A stretch of DNA of 64,000 bases, taken from positions 9,300,001 through 9,364,000 of the forward strand of contig NC_045138.2 of NCBI RefSeq assembly GCF_008831285.2, in the 5' to 3' direction. The stretch comes from Nymphaea colorata (taxonomy: Eukaryota). The position numbers were made by a program, and so were the translations under genes. The notes below the pieces were generated by a model, which had not been told where the DNA came from, searched no databases, and saw only the letters and a program-made list of their open reading frames with translations. Shown piece after piece: positions 1 through 12,222 of the stretch; the first letter of the stretch is position 1, and the number at the start of each line of letters is the position of its first letter.

Positions 1-450
1 GCCCGCTTTGATTTCAATGTTTCGGATCGGGTCGGGTCCGGTTGGACACGATCCTTATCCATTCAATCTGATTCCATAAACAGAACCGAGCGGTCCGTTT
101 TAGAACCGATTCGATCCGTTTCATAACCGATTCGGACCTCTTGGGATCGGTTCAGACATTTTGGAACCGATTCAGATCTTTTATGGACCGGTTCAGTTGA
201 TTTTAAGACTGGTTCATTCCGTTTCAGAACCGGTTCGAGCCCTTTTGAACCGATTCAGAGTTGTTTCAGACCGGTTCTTTTCCTTTTGGTATCGGTTCAT
301 CTAGTTTTCCACTGGTTCGGTCCATTTAGGACTGATACGAGACCGGTTCTAAGCTAGAGGAAGCTGGTATATGTATTTTTATGCCCATTTAAGGTGATTA
401 ATGGATTGGTTCGATCATTTTAGATCGATACGGGACCGATTCATTATGTT
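1..450 (+). repeat. Degenerate ~20-bp GAACCGGTTC/GAACCGATTC repeat array in the retrotransposon leader
   Basis: Many spaced copies of (g)aaccg(g/a)ttc. The same type of array occurs at about 22960-23380 and 56750-57300. Confidence 0.8.
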
Positions 451-677
451 TTATGGAGCTTTAATGAATAATTTAGATGGTATTAAGTTGATTATGCAGA
501 AATGATTCATGTGATTCGTGTATTTCATTTTAAATGTGTTATTGTGACATATTATATTTTTGTATCATGTTTTGTTTAGGATTATGCTAAGGTTAAATTT
601 TATTGCATGATCATAAAGTTGTACGATAACGCTAATGTAAGGAGCCTATGATTAATTAAATCATGTTATACCTCACC

Positions 678-820
678 AAAGTGACTACGCATGATTTAAA
701 GGCACATTAGTGTTTCATGTTGTACTTATTCTCATTTGAAGTAGCATAAAGTGACTACGCATGATTTAAAGGCATATTAGTGTTTCATGTTGTACTTATT
801 CTCATTTGAAGTAGCATAAT
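678..820 (+). repeat. 70-bp tandem duplication in the copia leader
   Basis: gtgactacgcatgatttaaagg...gaagtagcataa starts at 681 and again at 751. Confidence 0.9.
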
Positions 821-1138
821 TACTCAAAGGTAGTGTGTTATGTTCAGGAGAATAAGTAGAGTAAAATAGGAAAATAGATCCTTACATAGTCCTGTCATTT
901 TGCACTCAAATGTGTTATGCTTAACTATAGTTTGGATTTACATTTCTTAGTTTTACTAAATAAAGTTAAGACGAAATACATGTACGTATTAGGTATATTA
1001 CCAAAGTAGTATCCTAATGACCCCTTGTATTTGTCTTGGAAATAGTAAACATAAAGAGCCTTTTATTTGATTTACTGTTCCATATGGTTTGTCTCATATA
1101 ATGCATGTCAACTTATGGATGTCTTTTGTCATCTGCAG

Positions 1139-1961
1139 TGCCTGGATCTATTTATTTTAATGGCTCAAATTCTATCTATTTACTTGATGATTCAAATTAT
1201 GCTGAATGGAAAGAAAATGTTGTGTTTACATTGGGGTATATGGATCTGGACATGGCTTTGAGGCGACCTGAGCCACCACCTCTTACACAAGAAAGTACAC
1301 ATAATGAAATAGTGTATTTTGACAAGTGGGAGCATTCTAACCAACTAAGCTTGTTGCTTTTGTAATCAAGGGTCGCTAAGAACATACGTGGTGCTATCCC
1401 ACCTTGTAGATCGGTGAGAGAGTTCTTGGATGCAGTTGAGGCTCAGTTTGTCAATTCTCATAAAGCTAGAGCTAGTACCATAATGTCAAAGTTAATATCT
1501 ATGAAATATCAAGGAGGGGCTAACATTCGCCAACATATGTTAGAAATGAGGAACATTGCTTCTCAATTGAATGACATGAAGTTGACTATTTCTGAATCAT
1601 TCTTGATATTCTTTACTTTGACCTCTTTACCAACTGAATATACTCCTTTTAAGATCAGTTACAACACACATAATACTGAATGGACATTCAATGAATTGAT
1701 GTCCAAGTGTGTTGAATAGGATGAAAGAATAAAGGGTAAGAAGTTGCAAAGTGCACATATGGTTTCTCACTCTGAGGCTGGTAAACTTGGCATAAAGAAA
1801 GTTCAATGAAAAGGAGTGTCAAAAAGAAGTCAACAGGACAAACTGTTTCCCAAACTGCGCAGACTAACTTAGCCCCTATAAAGTGTTTCTTTTGTAAGAA
1901 AAAAGGGCATAAGAAGTGAGACTGCATCAAGTACAAGAATTGGTTAGAGAAAAAATGTAAC
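1139..1961 (+). pseudogene. gag: Copia gag, disrupted
   Basis: ORFs 1105-1365 and 1414-1719 are in one frame separated by a TAA. Motifs SNYAEWKE..LGYMDLDMALR and FKISYN are present, followed by a CFFCKKKGHKK*DC knuckle at about 1883-1926. Confidence 0.9.
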
Positions 1962-4900
1962 ATGTCATTTGTTTTATTTGAAAATAATAAGTTTCATGTT
2001 CCTATTAATAGCTGGTGGATTGACTCTGGTGCTACTGTGCATATTGTCAATAATTTACAGGGCTTTATGAGCAAAAGGGAACCAACACTACATGAGAGGA
2101 GCATTTTCTTAGGAAACAAAATGCGCTCACATGTGAAAGCTGTAGGAGAATGCCAGATTAGGCTTGATACTGGCTTTGTTTTGGATCTTCATGATGTTTT
2201 CTTTGTCCCATCATATAGTAGAAACTTAATTTCTGTATCAAGACTGGACAAATTTGATTTCTGTTTAAAGTTTGAAAATTCAAAAATGTTGATTTATAAA
2301 GATCTTGTTGAAATTGGTTCTGCTATTTTATGTTATGGTTTATACAAGTTGAATGTGAAGATCCAATCTCCTGAATCGTTGGTTTCTAGTCATAATATAA
2401 TTAGCAATAAGCGTAGTACCATAAAGGATGATTCATACATGCTATGGCACCACCGTTTGGGTCATATCTCTAAAAAGAGAATAAGGAGACTCATAAATGA
2501 AGGGATCTTACGATCTCTTGATTTTACAGATAACGACATATGTGTAGATTGCATAAAGGCAAAGCAAACTAACATATATAAAGAAGGTGCCGAGCGATGT
2601 ACTGAAAAGTTAGGAATTGTTCACACAGATGTTTGTGAACCTTTCCTTCATTGTTACACATGCGAAAAGTATTTCGTCACCTTTATAGATGACTATTCTT
2701 GGTATTTGTATCTCTACTTAATCTTTGAAAAATTCGATGTGTGTCAAGTTTTCAAAGACTATAAAAAAGAAGTAGAGAAACAAACCGGTGATGTTATCAA
2801 GATAGTTAGATCAGATAGAGGTGGTGAATATTTTGGTAGGTTCACTGAGATGGGACAAAGGAAGGGACCATTAGCACGATTTCTAAAGGAAGAAGGCATT
2901 GTGCCTCAATACACTATGCCAGGCAGCGCCTACCAAAATGGTGTTGCTGAAAGAAAAAATCGTACACTTAAAGAAATGGTTCGAGTTATGTTAAATTACT
3001 CTACTCTCCCTCTAACCTTGTGGGGTGAAGCTCTCAGGACAACAATGCATATCCAGAATAGGGTTTCTACTAAGGCCGTTCCCTCAACTCCTTACGAGTT
3101 ATGGACAGGTAGGAAACATTCTCTTTCTTATATGCACATATGGGGATGTCCTGCTGAAGCTAAATTGTATAACCCCTACATAAAAGCCTTTGAACCTAAA
3201 ACAACCAGTGGTTTCTTTATTGGTTATCCAAAAAGATCGAAAGGCTATAGGTTTTATTGTCCATCTCATACACCACATATTGTGGAAACAGATATGGCTA
3301 AGTTCTTGGAAGATGGCTCATTTGGGTTAGATGCATTACAAAACCTCAATTTTGAGGAAATACATGATACTGAAAGTAGACCTGATAAAGAGAATACAAA
3401 TGTGTATGATTATGTTGTCTACCAGGATGACATGAATGTAAATCATACAGGCAATGCATCAGATCCAAATGAATTAAGTGTAGATCATACTGATGAACAC
3501 GAACAGGATGTGGACATACAAATTGAAAATGATCAATTACCTGTTCGTAGATCTACAAGGGCCAGGAGATCTGCCATATCATCAGACTATGTAGTATACC
3601 TACAAGAGCCTAGTGATTTCATAGATGTTAATGATGATCCTTTCACATTCATTGAAGCCGTTGAAAGCAAACAATATAGGCACTCGATTAATGCCATGAA
3701 AGAAGAACTTGACTCTATGGCTAAAAACCAGACATGGAGCCTTGTGTCATTGTCTGAAGGAGTAAAACCCGTAGGGTGTAAATGAGTCTATAAGACCAAG
3801 AGGGACTCTAAAGGCAACATAGAGAAATACAATGCAAGATTGGTTGCTAAAGGATTCACACAAATGGAGGGCGTTGACTATAATAAGACATGTGCTAAAG
3901 AGTCAATGAAGATTGTCCTTGCACTTGTAGCTCATTTTGACTTAGAGCTACATCAGATGGATGTGAAAACGGCTTTCTTGAATGGTAATTTGGATGAAGA
4001 GGTATATATGGATCAACCTCAAGGGTTTTCTGAAAGTGGTAAAGATCATTTGGTTTGCAAGCTTAATAAAGCGATTTATGGACTTAAACAGGCCTCACGT
4101 CAATGGTACATTAAGTTTTTCGAAGTCATTACGACTTTTGGGTTTACAGAAAACATTATTGATCAATGTGTATCTTAAGACATGTGAGAGTAAGTTCATA
4201 ATTTTGACTTTATATGTGGATGACATTTTGCTTGCTTCAAATGATCTTCAATTACTAACAGAAACCAAACTTTTTCTCACATCTCATTTTGAGATGAAGG
4301 ACATGGGTGAGGCTTCATTTGTTCTCGGCATTGAGATTCGTCGAGACAGATCTAAATGTGTTTTAAGTCTCTCCCAATCAGCATACATCAATAAAGTTCT
4401 TAAAAGATATGGGATGGAGAATTGTTCTCCTATTTCGGCACCCATAGCTAAAGGAGATAAATTGAGTCTAAATCATTGTCCAAAAGACGAATTTGAAAAG
4501 GCACAAATGATTAACATTCCATATGCATCTGCGGTTGGCAGCTTGCAGTATGCGCAAATTTGTACTAGGCATGAAATTTCCTTTGCTGTTGGCATGCTTT
4601 GTAGATTTCAATCTAATCCAGGCATGGCACATTGGAAGGCCGTAAAGAGAGTCATGCGGTACTTGCAAGGGACAAAAAATTACATATTGAGCAAGGTGGA
4701 CCATTTAGAAGTGATTGGCTATTCTAATGCCGATCTTGAAGGATGTACCGATAGTAGAAAGTCTACTACTGGTTTTGTTTTCCTTCTATCAGGAGGTGCC
4801 ATCTCATGGGGGAGCAAAAAGCATACTGTGACTGCTGCTCACACCATGGAAGCAGAATTCATTGCATTATATGAGACTACATCACAGGCAATTTGGATAA

Positions 4901-5136
4901 AAAATTTCATTTCACAGCTCAAGATAGTGGAATCTATTGAGAGACCACTTAAGGTTCATTGTGATAATGAAGCTGCAGTGTCATTTTCCAACAACAACAA
5001 AAGTAGTACTTCTTGTAAGCATATGAAACTTAAATATTTTGTTGTTAAGGAAAGGACAGATCCTCTTATTAAAGTGCTAGCATTTGGTATGTTCTTTGAA
5101 CATGTTAAGAGGATGGGTTTGTGCAGTTCAATGTAA
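1962..5136 (+). pseudogene. pol: Copia pol (PR-IN-RT-RH) with a stop and a frameshift
   Basis: ORFs 1962-3785, 3840-4178 and 3982-5136 carry protease, integrase, RT and RNase H motifs. There is a TGA at 3783-3785 and a frameshift near 4175. Confidence 0.95.
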
Positions 5137-5336
5137 ACATACTATTATGCAAACATTTATGAATGTGATCACATACAGTTTGTTAATTCTCATTAAGTTT
5201 GTTGTCTATTTATTTTGTATTCTCATTTGTTTGTTGAGAAGTTTTGTAAGACAACAAGGTGGGACCTTGGAATGAATTTTAAGGCTAATCCATTCATTTT
5301 GTTTACCCTTGATATCAACTTGGACTAGTGGAAGAT

Positions 5337-5743
5337 TGTTGGGATTTCCCCATCTGGATAGTCCTGCGTCGATACGGGTCCATATCCGTTTCGGACCCTA
5401 AGTATAAATACTCGTGTCTTGTGATGGTGTGAGACACATCAAGTTTTTTCCGTCTAGGTAATCGGTCCCCTTAGCCATACGTGAATTGCCTGTCCCCATC
5501 ACTGCGCTGCTATGGCTGAGGAGAGAAACCCATTGCCGCCGCCGCCACTGCCGCCGCCAATGCCGTTGGGAAACGACTCTATGGGGACTGTAGCCGTTCT
5601 TCCCACAGCCGCCGACATTCAGTCGGCAGTCGCCTCTACAGGTTCTTCTTCTGCCCTTTATGAAACACATGAATCATAAATGTCTCTTTCGATTTCTGCA
5701 TTTTCGTTTGTGCGCTATCTAGATTTCTAGCAAAGCTCCAACA
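5337..5743 (+). repeat. 3' LTR of the first copia element (~407 bp)
   Basis: Termini TGTTGG...CCAACA, preceded by the purine tract agtggaaga, with TATAAATA at 5403-5410. Confidence 0.85.
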
Positions 5744-6004
5744 GAGTCTTCTACATTTTGAGAAAGTAAATGACAGATTTTCTAAAAGAGAATTTATATA
5801 TAAATTAAAGACCTTTAATTCCAGTTCATGCATGGATGGCCCCCACCAGTCGGTTACCTCAGCCACATGTAATGTACAATACATATATATATATATATAT
5901 AAGAAATAATGTTACGTTTCGAAAACTTAAGAACCTAGGACAAAGACCTAAATTTCCACATTCCCATGGATTTTAAGAAATGTTCACAATTTCCTTTTTT
6001 TTTT

Positions 6005-8080
6005 TTTTTGAAAAATTTTGGTCATTAATTGGAGACGACATATATCTTGCCATTGCATATTTCTTCAAATCTGAGAAAATGGTTTTCAGGATAAGTAAAA
6101 ACCCATATTTCACTGGTTCCTAAATTCACAGGTGCTAAGAACTTGCGCGACATGCAGCCTATATAGCTCTTTGTAATATTCTGTATATGATTATTACAAA
6201 ATTGATGGTGTCTTGTATGTAGGCTATTATGTGCAGGATTATAGATGAGGAGCAAGGAGCTTTTGTTGCTAAAAGACACATTCAAAGCCAGATTTTGAAT
6301 GTTCATGAGTTGGTCGATAGTATGGAAAGAGGTAGAGAGGGTTCCCTACTGATGAAGTTGGATTTTTAAAGAAGGCGTACGATAGAGCGAAGTGGAATTT
6401 TTTGAGACATTCTCTCCTTCGATTGAACTTTTCAGAGCATTGGGTAAATGGTGTTCTTTTATGTGTGAGGACGCCATCATATGCAGTTGTGTTAAATGGT
6501 AGGGAGGATGATTGTTCACTGCCCAACGTGGAGCTTGTCAAGGTGACCATATCTCTCCTTTTCTGTTTATTTCTGTGATGGAGATCCTTGCTAGAAATCT
6601 TCAATCTTCAAAGGTACCGAGAATTATTGGACAGAATTTAATCTACCCTGCTTCCTTCTTTGCTGATGATATAATGTTGTGTTCAGCTGCTGAAAAGGAT
6701 TCTGTCCCAACAATCAAAACAGTGTTTGCTGATTTTGTGATAAATGCAGGTTTGGAAATAAACCACTCAAAGTCTTGTTTTGTAGCTGTTCATGTGGAGG
6801 CATCAATGGTTGTTGAGTGTGAGTATATTTTGGGTTGCAAGGAGGCGTCTTTACCTATCTCCTATTTAGGGGCGCCATTGTTCATGGGCCCTCTCGGTGT
6901 TCAATCTTGTGATCATTTAAGGGGAAACATCCTGAAGAAACTGGCGCTATGGAAAAGCAGATTGCTCTCTCTCTCGGGTAGAGCAGTCATATTTTAGGGT
7001 GATATGTTTTATGATTCCAAATTCTGTTGTAGGAGATATCTCAAGAATATGTGCATGTTTTTTCTAGGGAGACCGAGAAGGAAGTAAGAGACTTCTTGCC
7101 ATCAGCTGGCATCAATTGTGTGGTCCTGTGGCTGAAGGGGGAGCAGATTTTGTCAATTTGTGGTCATTTAATTCTGCCTGTCTTCTATATCTTGCTAAAA
7201 GCTCTATGTCAGGAACCACTTTATGATCTGCTTTTGTAGAGTTGAAATATGTCATAGAGCTGGAAAGGTATCCTGGATAGATAGCAGGCAATTACTCATC
7301 AAATTCAATGGCATGTAGGGGATGGACAATTGGGGTTGGGGGCTTTTGTCTTCTATAAGTAGATCAAGAAGAAGTAGACGGCCTGACCATTTCTTGAAAT
7401 GAGAGGGTGCATACTAATTCTGAAAGGGATATATTTTATAATCTCCGGACGGATTCCTGTTTGATGACTGAAAATGCAGGATAAATGCAAAAGCATAAAC
7501 AAGAGATGGGACCGTGGTCTTGGTCAGGTATTGGACCAGATCAAGGAAAAGTGCTCTCCAATGTGGATATGGTGGTAGAATCCATATGCTTTTATCGGAA
7601 TGGATTAAAGAAAGTGGCCATTGTTATGCGTTCTAGAGAAAAGGGGATAAGGAGAAAGGCGCTCCACATTGCAGTGAGTCATCTTGCATGGTTTGCAGAG
7701 GAATTTTTGGGAGTTGTCTATAATAAATTTCTCTGTCCAGGCCAGAGAGTTTGCTTTATCTCAGCACCTACTGCATGGGTGGAGGAGCAAAAGCTGAAAA
7801 AGACAGTTGGCCATCGTAGAATAGAAGGTATGGGAGCCTTCCAGGGATGGGGTTTGGAACGAAAGGTTGTTTTGAGGGATGTGCTTTTTTCCCCTATTCC
7901 GGTATATTCTTTAAGATGGTAATCTTTAAAGTTCTCTTTTTCATTGTTTTGGCTTCCTACTGCCTTCTGCAGTCTACTTGAGGGTTTCCTTACGTTTTTT
8001 TGCTTCTTTATGGTAGCTCTATTTATTTTTCCTTTCGTAATAAAAGGGAGGGGACCCTACACCCCAGTAGAGTTTGCATT
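6005..8080 (+). mobile_element. 5'-truncated L1-type LINE (RT and 3' end), degraded
   Basis: Translations include FFEKFWSLIGDD, IIDEEQGAFV, TPSYAVVLNG, QGDHISPFLF, FADD, LPISYLGAPL and WKSRLLSLSGR, with many stops and frameshifts. Confidence 0.88.
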
Positions 8081-9596
8081 GGAACGACACTTCTGGAATG
8101 ATAATTTCTTAGTAACTTCCCTTCAAGTTCAGCTTAATAGTCACTTCTGAAGTTTCCTTGAAAAAAAGGCAAACCCAAATAAGTTGCGAGGAGATTGACC
8201 TTCTTTTATGTCCATCCCAAGTAATGAACAAATCAACTAGAAGTGGGCTCATCTACGTGAAAAGAAATAATTACAGACTTAAGAGGATTAATAAATAACC
8301 CTGCTTTTTGTGACCCAAAGGTTCAATTATTGTTGTTCATATCATGGTCTCACAGTATGTATAATGTATGTATGTACGAAGATATAAAATCCGTCCTGGG
8401 ATGCTCAATGCAAAAGCAGATCAGGGGGCCTGAAGCTAGCTCACGGTGAATTAAGGTGAAAAGTGATTTAGAGAGTTTAATGTTTCCAAAACCTTCTTTA
8501 AAATAAAGACTGCAGCATATTTTAATTTGGCAGGGCATTCTTTTGTCTTCCGACTTTGTCATGTGGACGCACTTACTGTTATCTGGCACCTGATCATTTA
8601 CGATCTGTTGCCTTAGCATGTGGAAGAAGAACTTGTGATAGAGTACAGGATCCAACTTCAAGCTAAAACCTAAAGGGAACATCCACATCAAGGTTTGGAC
8701 TCAAACGATTATTGTTAATTAGGTGGCCTAGTATATAAATAGGAAAAGTCAATGCTACCAGATTGCAGATAATTGTTGTATGGTTAAACTTTAGAAATTT
8801 GTGGGTAAAATCAAATTTCGTCCGCCATAAATTTGACATTCTTCTTTAGTACTTAACATTTTAACTAGTTGTTCTTCTTCAGTTTTTGTCCTTTTGTAAT
8901 TTTGCCAAATTCATTTTGAAACTTACACTTCACTTCGTCATAGGATAAATATATATGTTTTGCTTCCAGCCTTAAACGCCTTTAACAGCCAATTAAAGTG
9001 TTTGATTGTTTATCCCTTTTTAATACACAAAAGTTGGAAGAAAAGTGTCAAAAGGTGTCATGATCAAAAGATAGGCTCAGGAATTAGGTTCAAGTTTAAA
9101 TATATTGGTACAAAATTACCAAAGTTTAAATGGAGTTAAGATCAATTGAACATCCAATCCTGCCTTTCTCTTGTTCTATTCTCATATATACATCTAAAAA
9201 AGAATACAAGATTTTGATTTAGAACTGAAGTCCTACCTATGTATGTGATATTCAAGTGCTCTTAAAAGAATTCAAACATGTATCCAGATTTTTTCTATGA
9301 GGCACATGAGATTTGTTGAGACTCATTAATTGTATGGCACAGTGATTTCACAACATAAATGCCTAATAAAACTTATTTTGCTTCTAATTCTCCTGTGACC
9401 TATTCCAAGGTTCTCCTAAATGGCTCCTAAATTGAGTGAATCATTTAATAGTGTCGATTGTTAGCCATTAGGTAGAAAGGTATTTACCAGAACTCAAAGC
9501 CTTGCCACGTTGATTCATGAAATGGTTCAAGCAATTACTGACACTTTGAGAGACAAAATTTATAAAAAGACAAAAAAAATAAGAGATAGTATGTAC

Positions 9597-12222
9597 CTGG
9601 CGCAATGTATCTGGTGGTTCCATGAGTGGCAGTAAGAGTATAAGAATTCTGACCAGCTAGAATCTTTGCTATGCCAAAATCGCTGATGTATGCTCTAGTA
9701 GCACATTACTTGGCTTCAGATCACAATGAACTATAGTCTCCGAGTAACCATGGTGAAGATATTCTAGAGCAGAAGCCACATCAATCATGGTATCCAGTCT
9801 CTGAAAGAGATTCAAGTGATGGCCACTTGAATGTAGACAGACTTCTAGGCTTCCATGGGGCATGTATTGGAGAACTAAACCCTTGAAATCTCTATTAGAG
9901 CAAGTCGTAATGACTTTAATGAGATTTCAGTGCCTGATTTGGCGCATGACAGTGCACTCAATGTCAAAACTTTTAGATGCTCCCTCAAATAGCAAATTAA
10001 GGACCTTAACAGCCATTGTCGTTCCATCTCCTAGAATTCCTTTGTACACTGAACCAAAGGTTCCATTCCCAACAAAATTTGCATTACTGAAGTTGCTCGT
10101 CACATGCAATAACTCTCTGTAAGAAATCACTGAGAGTGTAATTCCTCGTAATCTTTCAATGTCGTCAGAACGCTTTGACAACCCCTTCTTTCTATAGCAT
10201 GAGATACCAATGAGTGTGCAAACAATGACCTCAAGTGTTGATCCTCCAATTGCACAAGCGGCAATGACCCTAGCCGCATTGCTCTTACTTTGCCTCTCTG
10301 TTTTGTCTAAGCACAATGGCACATCGAATTTGGGAGCTTCACATAGTGTATAGTTCTCTAGGAACAACTCAGTAGAAAGGTTTGCAAACTTTCCACCACT
10401 TGGAAGCTCTCCTTCCAACAAATGAAGGACAAGTTCAAGATGTGGATGTGTTGAAGTTTCTCCAATGATTTTGGTATTTCACCTCAAAGCTTGTTGTGGG
10501 AAAGGCCAATAACTTCAATGTTTACCATGTGATCAAGTTCTTGAGGAATGTAACCATCAAATGTGTTGTGAGAGAGGTTCAAATAATTTAGCATTTGGAT
10601 CTTTGATAATAATTAAGGAAGCTCTCCACTCAACTTATTCACAGAGATATCCATGTTGATCGTCATGGCAAAATTCCCGAGACCTAGAGGCAGGTGACCA
10701 GTGAAAGAGTTGCCTTGAAAGTATAGCTCCAACAAGTCCTTCAACTCACAAAGGTGAGGTGGTAGTGTTGATGACAAATTGTTTGAGCTTAGATCCAGCC
10801 TTTGCAAACTAGTGAGATTGTTTATAGAGCTTGAAATTGACCCAATTAGCATGTTGTGTTGAATATAAAAAACATACATGCGGCTGGTAGATTGATAGTG
10901 GGATTGGGCCTTCTAATGCATTATTGTCAAGAAATAACACCCGTAAGCTGTGCATCTGTCCTACATTTGGTGGAATGAGCCCTTTTATTTTGTTGGAACT
11001 CAAACCTAAGGCAATTAACTTGGTCAAGTTGTCCAGGGCTAATGGGATAGTACCATCAATGTGATTAGAGTTAAGTTCAAGATTCCACAAGATGGTTGTC
11101 AGGTTTCCAATAGAGGTAGGAAGAATGTCGTTCAAAAGGTTTTTTGATAGATCAACTTCCTCTAGCAGTCGACAGTTGGTGAAGGATGTGTGAATGGAGA
11201 GCTCACGGTTGCCAGGGACATTGGTCAACATATTTCCCCAAAGGCAAAGCTGCCTGAGTTGTGACAAACTACCTAATTCTAATGGTATCAGACCACTCAA
11301 TTTATTGTCTTCTGCAGTAAGATGTTGAAGTCTTGTAGCATTAGAAAGAGAAGCTGGGAGAGGGCCATCAAAATTGTTTTGACCCATATAGAGTCCTTGG
11401 AGATTGGGCAGGAAGCAGCCAGCATATTTAGGGAGATGCCCTGTTAGTTGATTGAACTGAAAAGCACAGATAGGTTAAACAAGCTCTCAGGTAGTGTACG
11501 AGTGAGATTGTTCATTTGCATGCTAAAGGCCATCAAGGGTTAGGCTTCGCAACTCAGGAGGAATGTTCCCCTGTATGTGATTCCGCCCGGTACTAAACAA
11601 CTCCAGTTTTTGTGAGATTAGGCAAAGCAACTGGAATGGTGCCGGTGAGCCTATTACCTTGAATGTTTAAGAGCTTGATTTCTGACAAACTGCCTAGAAA
11701 CTTTGGGATACTTCCATAGAATTGGTTATCTCCAGCTGAGAGTTTTTAGAGACCTCGACAATGGCATAGTGTTTGTGGGATCAACCCCTCAAAATTGTTT
11801 TTTCTTATAGAAAGATTTTCTAACAGATGGAGACAGCTAAAATCAACGAGAATGTGACCATGGAAACTGTCATTCGAGAGATCAATAACCTGTAAGAAGG
11901 AGAGATTGCTGATGTATGGGGAGATAGTACCTTCGAGTGCCTTTTCAGAGAGGTTCAGAGCAACGACCCTGTGTGAACCATGACCGCATGAAACTCCATT
12001 CCGCTCACAGAAGGAGATATTGGAATTCCAATTTGATAACACACTATAAGTGTCTTTAGTGCCAAGGGATTTGAAAGACAGCAATGTGAATTGGTCAGTC
12101 ACATTGCTCAGAGAAACAAGGGCTGAGGGCACCTCCTCTTGGCCAAGAACCATAATCAAGGTGAAGGAGGATAAACACAAAAGAAATGCAAGCGGCTGAG
12201 GTGACTGGCCGGTGGTTGCCAT
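9597..12222 (-). pseudogene. LRR receptor-like Ser/Thr kinase (subfamily XII-like, non-RD), pseudogene
   Basis: Signal peptide, LRRNT (DQFTLLSFK..NWN..C..GVSC), many plant LRRs, a TM segment and kinase motifs [23 protein letters not shown] and DFG. The sequence is split across frames by frameshifts and stops. Exon 1 ends YIAP|gt at about 9597, and exon 2 is not recognisable. Confidence 0.93.

Larger units (their letters stand above)
1..5743 (+). mobile_element. Ty1/copia LTR retrotransposon (Bianca-like), degraded; 5' LTR lies upstream of the window
   Basis: Domains occur in copia order: gag, CCHC knuckle, protease (WWIDSGAT), GAG-pre-integrase (WHHRLGH..CxxC), integrase ([25 protein letters not shown]), RT (QMDVKTAFLNG, YVDD) and RNase H. 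A purine tract precedes the 3' LTR. The lineage call rests on recalled gag motifs. Confidence 0.95.

Noticed and set aside
1..450. Spaced GAACCGGTTC repeats resembling a CRISPR-like array
   Set aside because: They are degenerate, irregularly spaced and inside a plant retrotransposon leader, with no cas genes.
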